Assembly: GCA_963810495.1 (NCBI GenBank)
Contig: CAWENP010000004.1
Coordinates: 12,860 to 76,859 of the forward strand
From: an uncultured delta proteobacterium
Lineage (GTDB): Bacteria; Desulfobacterota; Binatia; Binatales; Binataceae
Direction of reading: 5' to 3'
DNA length: 64,000 nucleotides
Part shown: piece after piece, positions 9,297 through 19,310 of the stretch
Layout: each line of letters starts with the position of its first letter
Position numbering within the stretch: the first letter of the stretch is position 1
Notes under the pieces: generated by a model
Databases searched by the model: none
What the model was told of the DNA's origin: nothing
What the model saw: only the letters and a program-made list of their open reading frames with translations
Made by a program: the position numbers and the translations under genes

Positions 9297-10914
9297 ATGA
9301 AGCGTCTAAATCATCTTCTGGTCGCAGGGCTCGTGCTCTCAATAGCGTTAGCGCTGGTCCCGCTGAGAAGCACGCGCGCGGATGAATCGTCTATCTCGAA
9401 GTCAAGCTCGTCGGGCGATCCAGCCTCTGCCTCGGCGGCCGATCCGGCCAAAGCGAGGCGGGGCACGTACGAGCGGTTGCTTCGCGAGATCGATACGGAG
9501 CGCAGACATGAGGCGGAGGAAGAGCGCAAGCATGAGGACGAGGAGGCAGCGGAGCGCAAGCGTATAGAGGAACTGGAAAAGGAAGTAAGGGCGCTCCAGG
9601 CAAGCAAGGAGCAGCTCGCAAGCCAAACGAACGAAAACCAGACGCAACTCACCGCCGTCCAGAAAACTATCTCCTCTCAGCTCGGGCCCTTCGGTTTTGG
9701 CGATCGCATAAACGCCTTTCTCGGCCAACATTACTTCACGATGGTCGGAGACGCTTCCGCCGGGTACTACTACAGTCATAAAGCGGGATACAACGATCCG
9801 GTACTGGAGTTTCAAGTCAACCCGATGCTTCGACCGGCTGATTGGCTTCAGTTTTATGGTGCTTTCGGCGCGGTAGCCGGCCCCGGCGGAATTTCCTCTC
9901 TTGGTCCAACCCTTGCCAACATGCAGATCTTTCCGCTTGGACACGAGTTTCCTCTGGAGCTGGTCGCCGGGCTATTCGACATGCCCTTCGGCGACTTTTA
10001 CGAGAACCAGGGCCCGCCTTGGGTCAATCCGTTCGTAACCGCGCCGCTGCTTTACGGCGCGGAAGCGATCGAGCCGCCCGCTTCGCTGGGATTGCAGGCT
10101 CGCGGCGGGATTCAGTGGGGTCGGCTCGGGCAGGACGTTGACTATACAGTGTGGGCAGACTCGGGACCGAGTTTCGAATCGTCGCCCGGTGTGAATGTGA
10201 TCCCCGAACCGGTAATCGGCGAACGCCTGAATCCTCTCACCGGAACTAACATAGCCACCAACGGCAAGGGTTATGGCGGGAGGTTCAGGTTGTTTCCAAT
10301 ACCGGTCGACTCCGGCCTCGGACGGTTGGAACTTATGGCGACAACCTACAATGGCAAGTGGTTGGACGGGCTCTGGTACAATTCCTGGGGAGTGGGATAT
10401 GCCTATCGCGTCGGACCGTTTCGCACTCGAGGCGAGTGGGCGCAAACCTACCGTCAAATGCCCAGTCTTACGGGAGCGGCTGCGTATCCCGGTTGCTGCG
10501 GGCATGAGAACCGCCAGGGATGGTATGCGATGTTTGGTTACTTCCTCTACGGAATTCCTCATCCTTATCTTGGTGACTACCTGGAACCGAGGTTCGACAA
10601 GACTGAATTCCTGGTGCGTTACTCTGGTGTGAATCAGCGCGCCATCCTCGCCAACGATATTACGACTGCACCAGTCCAGGGCTTCAGTGGATCGCCGTCG
10701 ATCTTCAGCCCGCATGCGCGTGAAGTGGCACTGGCGCTCGACTACTGGTTTCAGCCCAATATTGTCTGGCAGAACGAGGTTGACTTCGAGCTCCCGGAGG
10801 CAGGGCGGGACGCTTTACAACTTCGTAGGTGGGGCCGCCCCACCGGTTGCGAGCAGCGTCGGCGCAACGACGAACGATGTCGCGGTGATGACTCAACTCA
10901 CGTTTGGCTTCTGA
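9297..10914 (+). CDS. Outer-membrane porin with N-terminal periplasmic coiled coil (DcaP/OprP-like); apparent frameshift near 10805
   Basis: Signal peptide, a charged coiled-coil stretch of about 70 aa (EEERKHEDEEAAERKRIEELEKEVRALQ), then aromatic-rich beta-strand sequence. After about 10805 the reading frame becomes junk. The +1 frame instead ends ...TQLTFGF-stop at 10914, a typical OMP C-terminal Phe. Confidence 0.5.
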
Positions 10915-10934
10915 TCGGCAAAGGGCCGACGACG

Positions 10935-11297
10935 ATGAAATTACTGATTGCTAAAGCCGGAATGATTTCCGTACTGCTGTTGGCCGGGACCATCGGCGCG
11001 CGCGCGGCGGATTCAGGAGCGCCTGCAGCGACCATTAGCGTGCAGAAACCGGCTGATCCCCCCAAAGCGGCGAACCAGTATGGCGCCACGCCTGAACAGC
11101 AAAAGCAGCATCTTGAGCTATTCCGCGAGGGGCAGGCGTTGTGGCCGATTTATTGTAATCACTGTCACAACGCTCGAAATCCGGCCGAGTTTGCTCCTTA
11201 TCAGTGGGACCAGATCATGATGCACATGCGCACGTTGGAGAACCTGCCGCCTCATGATCAAGATGCCATCCTGGAATATATGAAGACCGCGCGTTGA
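10935..11297 (+). CDS. Small secreted mono-haem c-type cytochrome
   Basis: Own ATG and signal peptide (MKLLIAKAGMISVLLLAGTIGARAAD) and a single CNHCH haem-binding motif. In the track it is fused in-frame to the porin ORF only because no stop intervenes. Confidence 0.6.
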   Translation: MKLLIAKAGMISVLLLAGTIGARAADSGAPAATISVQKPADPPKAANQYGATPEQQKQHLELFREGQALWPIYCNHCHNARNPAEFAPYQWDQIMMHMRTLENLPPHDQDAILEYMKTAR

Positions 11298-11387
11298 TAG
11301 GGTGTTCTACGGCGTCCAGCCTTGGAACGATTGGCATCGCTCGCCTGAGAGAGCGGGAACCGGGACGCTTTTCCAGCGTGTCTCAAC

Positions 11388-12296
11388 ATGAAAGCCACGA
11401 CTATAGAAGAGGTGGCCCAGCGTACCGCGCCAACGGTGAGCGAATACGCAGCCGCCTATTTCGAATTGACAAAGCCGCGCGTGCTCACGATGGTGCTTGT
11501 CACCGCGCTTGCGGGCTTCTACATGGGAAGCGACGAGCAGTTCGGGTTCGCGCCGGCGCTCAGAATCATAGTCGGCACCGCGTTGGCGGCCGGCGGAACA
11601 TTGGCGCTGAACGAATATGCCGAGCGCGACACGGACGCCCGGATGGAGCGGACGCGCCATCGGCCGCTGCCTTCAGGTCGTCTACGGCCGATCGAAGCGC
11701 TGATTTTCGGCGTCGTTACCGCCGTCGCTGGAATTTTCTATCTGTGGGTGGAGGTTAACCCGCTGAGCGCAATGGTTACCGCCGCGATAACCGCACTTTA
11801 TCTGGGTACATACACCCCGATGAAACGAATCACTTGGCTCTGCCACGTGATCGGCGCGGTTCCGGGCGCCCTGCCACCGGTGATCGGCTGGGCGGCGGCG
11901 CGCAACGGCCTGGGCGGAGAGCCACTGGTGCTTTTCGCCATCATGTTTCTGTGGCAGTTACCGCATTCGCTCTCGATCGCGCGGCTTTATCAGCGCGACT
12001 ACGCGCGCGCCGGGATCCGCATGTTGCCGCAGCCCGGTCGCTACGGCGATCCCGCAAATTCACTGATGATCGCGGCCGCCGCGGCGCTGCTCGTGGTTGG
12101 GATGCTGCCGGCGCTGATGAGGTTCGCCGGGCTCTTTTATGTGCCGGTCGCCCTTGTGCTTGGAGCGGTGCTGCTATTTCACTGCCTGCGCCTCGTGCTG
12201 GAAAGGCCCACGATTGCCGCGGCGCAGCGGGTCATGAAGTTTTCGCTGTTGTATCTGCCGGTGGTGCTGCTGGTGATGGTTGTTGACAAGCTCTGA
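11388..12296 (+). CDS. ctaB: Protoheme IX farnesyltransferase (heme O synthase)
   Basis: UbiA-family polytopic protein with the LNEYAERDTDARMERTRHRPLPSG motif. Last gene of the cox operon. Confidence 0.9.
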   Translation: MKATTIEEVAQRTAPTVSEYAAAYFELTKPRVLTMVLVTALAGFYMGSDEQFGFAPALRIIVGTALAAGGTLALNEYAERDTDARMERTRHRPLPSGRLRPIEALIFGVVTAVAGIFYLWVEVNPLSAMVTAAITALYLGTYTPMKRITWLCHVIGAVPGALPPVIGWAAARNGLGGEPLVLFAIMFLWQLPHSLSIARLYQRDYARAGIRMLPQPGRYGDPANSLMIAAAAALLVVGMLPALMRFAGLFYVPVALVLGAVLLFHCLRLVLERPTIAAAQRVMKFSLLYLPVVLLVMVVDKL

Positions 12297-12564
12297 CTGC
12301 ATAAACGTTCGAGCTATAGCTGCAAGCTGTACAGGGTGAACCGCTTAGGTCTGTACGGCCAATACCGCCAGCTTACGCTTCGGAGCCGCTCCGATGACGC
12401 CTGTGCCACCAAAATAACCACATTGCAGCGACAACCAGCAGAGCTGCTCCGGCTATCCACTGACCACCTGTGCTCCGCAAAAACACTTCGCTCCTGACTT
12501 GAAACCCGGATAGCTATTGGGGATTTTACGGAGGCACCGTCGACGACAGAGGGCCTTTTGCATC

Positions 12565-13655
12565 ATGCACGCAAGACTGAGTTGGTTCAGGATCCTGGGT
12601 GATCTAGTCCACTTTCTGTGTCTCGGCTTGCGCTCCAGAGCTTCGCTCGCGGCCGAGAATCTGTTCCTGCGCAAGCAGCTGGCATTCTATCAAGAGCGCA
12701 CGGTCAAGCCCCGACGTGCCGACAATCCGACGCGCCTGACTCTGGTACTGCTCAGCCACTGGTTCAATTGGCGCGATGCTTTGACCGTGGTGAGGCCAAG
12801 ACCTTGGTCGCCTGGCAGCGCAAGGGCTTCTGCCTTTTCTGGCGCCGAAAGTCCGAAGCTGGTCGGCGACCGATCCCAGCCGCGCTTCAAGATATGATTC
12901 GACAAATTGCGCGCGAGAACCCCTCGTGGGGCGAGGAGCGGATCGCAAACGAGCTGCTGCTGAAGCTCGGTCTGTGCGTGTCGCCGCGCACAATCCGGAA
13001 GTACATGTCGAAGTTGCCGGGCGCGCCGCGCGGTGGACCTCGGGGCGATCAGCGGTGGGCGGTCTTTCTCAGGAATCACGCCCGGTTGATTATCGCCTGT
13101 GATTTCTGCGTCGTAGTAACCGCTGGGTTCCGAATCCTCTACGTGTTTGTGGTGATGGAGCATGCCTCGCGTCGGTTGATTCACCTCAACGCCACCACCC
13201 ATCCCACCGCCGCCTGGACTCGCCAACAGCTACGAGAAACCATTCCTTTCGACCACCAGTATCGGTTCATCATCCACGACCACGACGCGATCTTTTCCGC
13301 CCAATTGGACGCTTCGCTGACCCGGCTCGGCCTTAAGGTGATCACCACGCCGAGGCGCAGCCCGCAGGCGAACTCACTTTGCGAAAGGCTAATCGGGACC
13401 CTGCGGCGGGAGTGTCTGGATTGGATTATTCCGTTGAGCGAAGGACACCTGAGAAAAATCCCGACGTCGTGGATGGCCCACTACAACCGAGGCAGACCAC
13501 ATTCCTCCTTGGGACCAGGCATTCCCTATCCAAGGTTGGGCGACCCGCAAGTCAAACCCTGCGGACACCACCTTCCGGTCGGTTATCAAGTCGTGGCCAC
13601 ACCGGTCTTAGGCGGACTGCATCACGAATACAGCGTGCAGAGGCTTGCGGCGTGA
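12565..13655 (+). pseudogene. DDE (rve/integrase-core) transposase, IS3/IS481-like, disrupted by a -1 frameshift near 12797
   Basis: The N-terminus (WFRILGDLVHFLCLGLRSRASLAAENLFLRKQLAFYQ...LTLVLLSHWFNWRDALTVVRP) continues in another frame as TLVAWQRKGFCLFWRRKS...HDHDAIFS...RGRPHSSLG (rve domain). The junction reads ccaag where ccaaag would restore the frame. Confidence 0.8.
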
Positions 13656-13659
13656 CGCT

Positions 13660-14303
13660 CCCGAAGAACGATGCTGGTGGGAAGATTCCGTGGCAGGGTG
13701 TGTTGCTTTCGGTGCAGCCACGGATCCGCTTGACCCGCTCGTTCGATCAGCGCAGCCATACCTACCTAGGCTACACCCTGAAGGTGAGTGGCAGGGTCGG
13801 AAGTGAAGCCCGAGAATTTCTCGTCGGTGTAGGGCAAGGCGCGCACACCAAACACCACTTTCGGGCTGGGAACGCAGTGTCCGGTGATGCGCTGCCGGTT
13901 GCCGGATCTGCGGTTGGAGACGGTTGAATTCTACAAGGTCAGCAAGTTGAAAGTTGGACTACCTGAGGCTGAGGACGAGGCCCCCCCACCTCCGTGGCAC
14001 GGTGTGCCACCGCCGCTGGCGGTCTACCGCGAGCGCGGTCATCGGCGACTCGCCGCGCGAACCTTCCAGGAGAAGTGCTGGAGCTGCATCTGGGGATGCC
14101 GGATGCCGGTCGAGATGATTGTTGATCAGTGGAATCCGAGTCGGCGCCACTACCGAACCGAGACCTTCTGTTACGGTCCTCGTTCTTGCCCGCTCTACCA
14201 AGCCGGACCGGCGCGCAGGGTTCCCGGCCGCCGCCGTGGAATGATCTACACGGAGGAGGACTGGGTTGACGATGAGGCGACTTCACACCGCCGGGAGGAG
14301 TAG
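13660..14303 (+). CDS. Hypothetical ORF(s) between the transposase and the right IS end; two overlapping frames, possibly one frameshifted Cys-rich gene
   Basis: Track ORFs 13379-13927 and 13884-14303 lie in different frames. No family recognised. Confidence 0.2.
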
Positions 14304-14538
14304 AACAGCCACGGCACGATTGCCCGGTGTTCTGGCCCGGACCCTACCAGACGCAAAAGCCTTCGCAATGCGTGTCCTTGGCCGCCACCCGAATAATTTT
14401 GCGGAGCACAACAGGTCCTGGTTCAGTGTGAACATATAGCCGTCACTGATGCTCTGCCCGCGGCGTCCGCGAAATGGAACACCAGTTCCTGCACTTTATA
14501 GCTGGCATTCGCACGCTACCGTTATCGCGCAAGCACAT

Positions 14539-14566
14539 GCGGGTTCAAGTCCCGCCCTCGGCACCA
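14539..14566 (+). other. 3'-terminal fragment of a tRNA gene (T-arm, acceptor 3' strand and CCA) with no matching 5' half
   Basis: GCGGGTTCAAGTCCCGC (T-stem/loop), CCTCGGC, A, CCA read directly. No complementary GCCGAGG lies within 80 nt upstream. Confidence 0.5.
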
Positions 14567-14681
14567 ATTTTCTACCCGACAGTGCTGTGATTTCTGGCCC
14601 AGGGTCGTCGCGCATCCCCGGCCGAAGCGCACGCCGCATCGCGATCGCGCATCGCATGGTCAGCCCGCTCCGAACGGCCGC

Positions 14682-15239
14682 TCAATCCGGCACCGGCATC
14701 GAACTGCCCGGACCCATCGTGGGCGATGCGTTGTTGTGCCGGCAATACGAACAGGTGTCGCTCTTGACCCTTACCGCAGCAGCGCTGACCGTCAGCGTGC
14801 TGGCGTCGCTGCCGACCTTGGTGGTGATGTGAATGATGGCGTCGACCTGGCGGCCCCATTTAGCGAGCGCCAGGTCGCGCAGCTTCTCATTGATACGGGT
14901 GCTGTCGATCGCATCGGGCGAGAACGGCTCGGTGTAGCTCAGGTCGCCGAGCTTGTCGTAGGGATCGTCGAGGCCGCCGGTCGACATCAGGATCCGTTGC
15001 CGGTCGAGCATCGTGTTGCCCTGCTGAATCATCTGCGGCGTGTTCTGCTGCTGCATCTGCATCGCCTGGCAGCCCATCGCGCCCAATGCGGCGCCCAGTG
15101 CGATCGCCGTGAGCCCTGGAAAGGACCACGCCGCTCTTCGCTTCACCCCGCGGCCGGCGCATCCCGGCCCGATTGCCCCTGCCACATCGATACCCACGAA
15201 CGCTTCCATGATATTCGCCCTCCCGCGCCTGAGATCCAT
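14682..15239 (-). CDS. Hypothetical lipoprotein/secreted protein
   Basis: Signal peptide with a lipobox-like LGAMGC, a Gln-rich linker, then a globular region of ordinary composition. Confidence 0.4.
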   Translation of the reverse strand: MDLRRGRANIMEAFVGIDVAGAIGPGCAGRGVKRRAAWSFPGLTAIALGAALGAMGCQAMQMQQQNTPQMIQQGNTMLDRQRILMSTGGLDDPYDKLGDLSYTEPFSPDAIDSTRINEKLRDLALAKWGRQVDAIIHITTKVGSDASTLTVSAAAVRVKSDTCSYCRHNNASPTMGPGSSMPVPD

Positions 15240-15469
15240 AGCAACCGAAATCTCCGTCTCCTGATGCGGAAAATCCCTATTGGCTTTAGGAAAACTCCTT
15301 ACAACGAGTACGACGACAACCCGATCAAAGCGAGGCGATGGCCGCGAGGCAGGGTCTGCTGGCGACCAATATCGCCCTTGCGTTCTGAGCGGAGAATCGC
15401 GACCCTGCTGTCGTCGCCTTCACCCCAGGAGCCTGTTCAATTGTCGAAGACTACCAACAGGACTAACAA

Positions 15470-16307
15470 CAGGTTGCACCGACTTCCAAATCCGCGCCGC
15501 GCCGGCAACTCCGATTCGCAAGGGCACGCCGCCGAAGACTCGACGAACTCCCGCATTCCGCTGCTCGAACGCGACCGCTCGCGCATCGCGATCATCGAAC
15601 CAAGTCGTGTCATCAAACGCATCGACGTCGCCGAGCATTGTGTGCTGTGCTTCTTCAAGGAAGTCATCGCGGAGCTCGTGCGTGAGGGCGCCCAGGCGCG
15701 CCACGTGCATAATGGCGAGAGCGAAGCAGGCGACTACCCGGTTTACGAGCTGGATTATGGGGGTCAGCGGCTCGCCATTGTTCATCCGGGAGTCGGCGCC
15801 TCCAGCGCGGCGGCGCGTCTGGAGCACATGATCGCGCTTGGATGCCGTAAGTTCGTCGCCTGCGGCGGCGCCGGAGTCCTTGTCGGATCCATAAGCGTCG
15901 GGCATATTGTCGTACCGACCGCGGCGATACGCGACGAAGGGACGTCATATCATTACCTGGCACCGGCGCGCGAGGTCGCACCAACACCGCGCGCGCTCGA
16001 AGCGATCGAAGCAGTACTGCGGGAGAACAATCACGATTACGTCCGCGGCAAGACCTGGACCACCGACGCGGTGTATCGCGAGACCCGCCCGCGGATGGCG
16101 CGGCGGCAGCGTGAAGGATGCGTGGTGGTCGAGATGGAGGCGGCAGCCTTCTTCGCGGTTGCGCGCTTCCGCCGCGTCGAGTTCGCGCAAATCCTGTATG
16201 GCGGCGACAGTCTCGCCGGCCTGCGATGGGATCCCCGTGGATGGAACCGTCACGCGATGCGCGAGCGTCTTTTTCATCTCGCGGCCGAGGCTTGCCTTCG
16301 GCTGTGA
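15470..16307 (+). CDS. Nucleoside phosphorylase, PNP/UDP family (uridine phosphorylase-like)
   Basis: The C-terminal 260 aa of the 523-aa track ORF match the family (VVEMEAAAFFAVA resembles the YEMESATL region). The upstream two-thirds overlap the minus-strand lipoprotein and are not coding. The start codon is uncertain; a TTG or alternative start is likely. Confidence 0.65.
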
Positions 16308-16580
16308 GACCCGCTCTGGACCCAGCGTGCATCGTTAACCATCGCGCTTTCGCAGTCTGGGGCTACGACTCAGTAAGGCGAAGTCCTAACTACCGCGACT
16401 CTCTCAAATCAAGACACGCTGAGACCGCATAGTTGCGCCGAATGAGCTGCGCAACTTCGCAGCCGTGCGTACAGGTCAGCGAAAAACGTGGTATGAAAAG
16501 CGAACCATTTGGCCGCCCGCCTGGGTTTGCAATGCGAACGCCCTGGCGGTTCCGTCCGGGGACATTCGGGAGCGCTAGCG

Positions 16581-18983
16581 ATGGCGGTTGCCAGCCGCGA
16601 GCAAAACCGGGGAGTGGGCGCGTTTATTCTGCGACAGCGCGCGCCTATCGGGATCGTTCTGATCGCGACCACGCTGTTCATGGCGTTTTGGGCGGCGCAC
16701 GTGCCGATCGCGACGCGCTTTGAAGATCTCTTCCCGGCGCGCCATCCTGACACCCTGCTCTATCGCCAGTTCCGCCGCCAATACGGCGGCGCGCAGCAGC
16801 TCGTCCTGATGCTCCGCGTGCGCCAGGGCGACATCTTCAACTTCCACACCCTGCAAGCGATCCAGGACATGACGCGCGAGGTCGACAAGCTATCCGGCGT
16901 CAACCACAATGAGGTTTTCTCACTCGCCTCGTATCGCGTGCTGTATGCGCGCGCCGAACCCGGCGCGCTGGTCTCGGCGCCTTTCATGTATCCCGACGTG
17001 CCGCACACGCAGCAGCAACTCGACGACCTCAAGAGCATCGTGCGCGCCCATCGCCAGCAGTTGGCGGGCCTGGTTGCGCGCGATGAGCGCGGCGCGGTGG
17101 TGATCGCGAGCTTCAACGAGACGGGCTTCGGCTACGGAGCATTGTTCGACGGCGTGCAGCGGATCATTCGCGAGCATGAGGACCGTAACACCCGGATCTA
17201 TGCGAGCGGCGCCGCAATGTTCGCAGCCTGGGGCTATCACTACCTGGCGCGCATCGGGATCACTTTCGCGGTCTCGGCGGCCCTGATGGTGCTCATCACG
17301 TTCCTCGCCCTCGGTCGGCGGACCGGTTGGTGGGCGCCCGTGCTGACCGGCCTCTGTTCGGCGATCTGGGGGCTCGGCTTCGTCGGCCTGATGCGCTTCA
17401 ACTTCGACCCGGTGATGCTGGTGGTACCGTTTATCCTGACCGCGCGTGATCTCAGCCACGGCATTCAGTGGCACGGCCGCTACTACGACGAACTTGACCG
17501 CGGCGACGATAAGCCGCGCGCGTGCGCGGCGACCGCCGACACAATGATGGCGCCGGGCTTGCTCGCCGTGCTCGCCAACGTCGCCGGCATCGTCTTCATC
17601 GCCGCGAGCGACGTTCCGGTGCTCAGGCAGATCGGCGTGGGCGGCGCGGTCTGGCTGGGAGCAAGTCTCGCGATGGTGTTCGTGTTCCAGCCGATCCTGA
17701 TGAGCTACCTGCCGCGCCCGGCGCTGCGCGAGTCGAGCTGGTTTGGCGGCTGGACTGATAGGGGACGATCGCTGGTCGATCGGATGGCCGCGTTTCCCAC
17801 GACTTCCGGCCTCGCGCGCGGCGCGCTGCTCGCCACCGGCACGCTTGTGATGATCGTCGGAGTGGCCGCGGCGCGGCGTGTGCGCGTCGGCTACCTGACG
17901 GTGGGCACGCCGATTTACCGGCCCGACGCCAAGGTCAACCGCGACACGGCCGAGATCGGAAAACTGCTGCCGGTCGACTCCGCTTGGGTGGTCGTCGACA
18001 CGCCCGGTTATCCCAGCCCGCAGTCCGCGGTGGGGATCGAGACGCTGCGGATGTCGGACGACCTGGCGAACTATCTCGTGAAGCGGGGCGACGCGGTCGC
18101 GGTGCTCGGCTTCGGCACGCTGGCGAGCAAGCCGATGAACATGCTGCTGCACTACGGCTACCCGAAGTATTTGGCGCTGCCCAACACCAACCAGCTCAGC
18201 GCCAACCTGTGGGGCTTCTTCTTCGCGGCGGCGGCGCCCGACGAGCCGCAAGCCTACTTCGCCTACGCGCCGGCGATGAACAACACCTGCATCCGCCTGC
18301 TCCTGTCCAACCATACCAGCGCCCGCCTGAGCCGCTTGCGCAACGACCTCGACGTCTTCGTGCGTGAGCGGGTGGCGGCCGACCCCGCGCTCAACCAAAT
18401 AAAGGTGCGCTACCTGGGCGGCGAGGCGGGACTCTACCTTGCCACGGACGATGTGATGGCGCGGCTGAACTGGGTCAACCTCGCCCTGGTGCTCGCCGCG
18501 ATCCTGGTGTGCTGCGCGATCGTGTTTCGCTCGTTGGCCGCCGGGCTGCTGTTCGCGGTGGCGTGCGTGATGGCGAACTTCGGTGCGTTCTTGTATATGA
18601 ACGCGCTCACCATGGGCCTCACCGTCGATACGATCGCGGTTATCTCACTGGGAATCGGACTGGGTATCGACTATGCGATCTACACCGTCGCGCGCATCCG
18701 CGACGAGGTGATCGAGGGGCGCGCGCTGAACGACGCGATAGCTACCGCGTTGCGCACCACCGGCGTATGGGTGTTTGCCACATACGCGGTGATGGTGGGT
18801 GGGATGCTGCCGTGGCTATTCTCGCCCCTGCTCTTCCACAACGAGATGAGCTCGCTGCTGATTTTGCTGATGAGCGCCAATCTGATTGTGGGCCTGTTCA
18901 TCCTGCCCGCGTTCATCGCGTGGCGCCGTTCGAGATTCATCACGCGCTACGAGTCCGCCGCACGCGGCGCCGCCCTGGTGTAG
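16581..18983 (+). CDS. RND-superfamily exporter, MMPL/HpnN-like (paralogue A)
   Basis: About 800 aa with 12 TM helices in a 1+5/1+5 arrangement and two large periplasmic loops. Conserved ILTARDLSHGIQW and GIGLGIDYAIYTVARIRDEV segments. The ATG at 16581 follows an in-frame stop. Confidence 0.85.
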   Translation: MAVASREQNRGVGAFILRQRAPIGIVLIATTLFMAFWAAHVPIATRFEDLFPARHPDTLLYRQFRRQYGGAQQLVLMLRVRQGDIFNFHTLQAIQDMTREVDKLSGVNHNEVFSLASYRVLYARAEPGALVSAPFMYPDVPHTQQQLDDLKSIVRAHRQQLAGLVARDERGAVVIASFNETGFGYGALFDGVQRIIREHEDRNTRIYASGAAMFAAWGYHYLARIGITFAVSAALMVLITFLALGRRTGWWAPVLTGLCSAIWGLGFVGLMRFNFDPVMLVVPFILTARDLSHGIQWHGRYYDELDRGDDKPRACAATADTMMAPGLLAVLANVAGIVFIAASDVPVLRQIGVGGAVWLGASLAMVFVFQPILMSYLPRPALRESSWFGGWTDRGRSLVDRMAAFPTTSGLARGALLATGTLVMIVGVAAARRVRVGYLTVGTPIYRPDAKVNRDTAEIGKLLPVDSAWVVVDTPGYPSPQSAVGIETLRMSDDLANYLVKRGDAVAVLGFGTLASKPMNMLLHYGYPKYLALPNTNQLSANLWGFFFAAAAPDEPQAYFAYAPAMNNTCIRLLLSNHTSARLSRLRNDLDVFVRERVAADPALNQIKVRYLGGEAGLYLATDDVMARLNWVNLALVLAAILVCCAIVFRSLAAGLLFAVACVMANFGAFLYMNALTMGLTVDTIAVISLGIGLGIDYAIYTVARIRDEVIEGRALNDAIATALRTTGVWVFATYAVMVGGMLPWLFSPLLFHNEMSSLLILLMSANLIVGLFILPAFIAWRRSRFITRYESAARGAALV

Positions 18984-19310
18984 GGAACGAGCGCGTTAGA
19001 CTTCGTCGGCCGCGATGATCGTCGCTTGAACAGGACCGTTGTCGGCGATGTACTTCGAGATTTCCTGTGCGGTCTTTGCCAGGTCACGGCTGGGCTCCCA
19101 CCGTCGTGAGCCTACGGGTGTGCGGTTGAATAGCGGGTCACTTTTAAACAGCCTAACCTCAACGGCACGTACAGAACACCGCGCATCTCTGAGAAAACCC
19201 AGAATATGGCGCCGCTGGATGGCCGTTCCGGGAACAGCCCACACGGTAGACATGAGCCCATCTCCTTCACTTCGATTTAGGGCTGGCTATCACAGTATTC
19301 TTGCGCTGGT

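Larger units (their letters stand above)
12449..14432 (+). mobile_element. Putative insertion sequence of about 2 kb with imperfect terminal inverted repeats, a frameshifted rve-type transposase and downstream passenger ORFs
   Basis: By my own alignment, the left end CACTGACCACCTGTGCTCCGCAAAAACAC matches the reverse complement of the right end (CACTGAACCAGGACCTGTTGTGCTCCGCAAAAT). The element is inserted directly after ctaB. Confidence 0.4.

Noticed and set aside
9297-11297. Single 666-aa protein spanning the porin and cytochrome c
   Set aside because: An internal junk-composition stretch, a second signal peptide with its own ATG, and an alternative frame giving a canonical OMP C-terminus show it is two genes plus a frameshift.
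14736-16307. 523-aa ORF as one protein
   Set aside because: The first roughly 250 codons overlap the better-supported minus-strand lipoprotein ORF and have Arg/Pro-rich junk composition. Only the C-terminal 260 aa match nucleoside phosphorylases.
16920-18398. 492-aa minus-strand ORF
   Set aside because: Antisense to RND paralogue A. Arg/Gly/Pro-rich composition typical of GC-rich antisense frames. The same applies to 23971-24768 and 27257-28189 opposite paralogues B and C.
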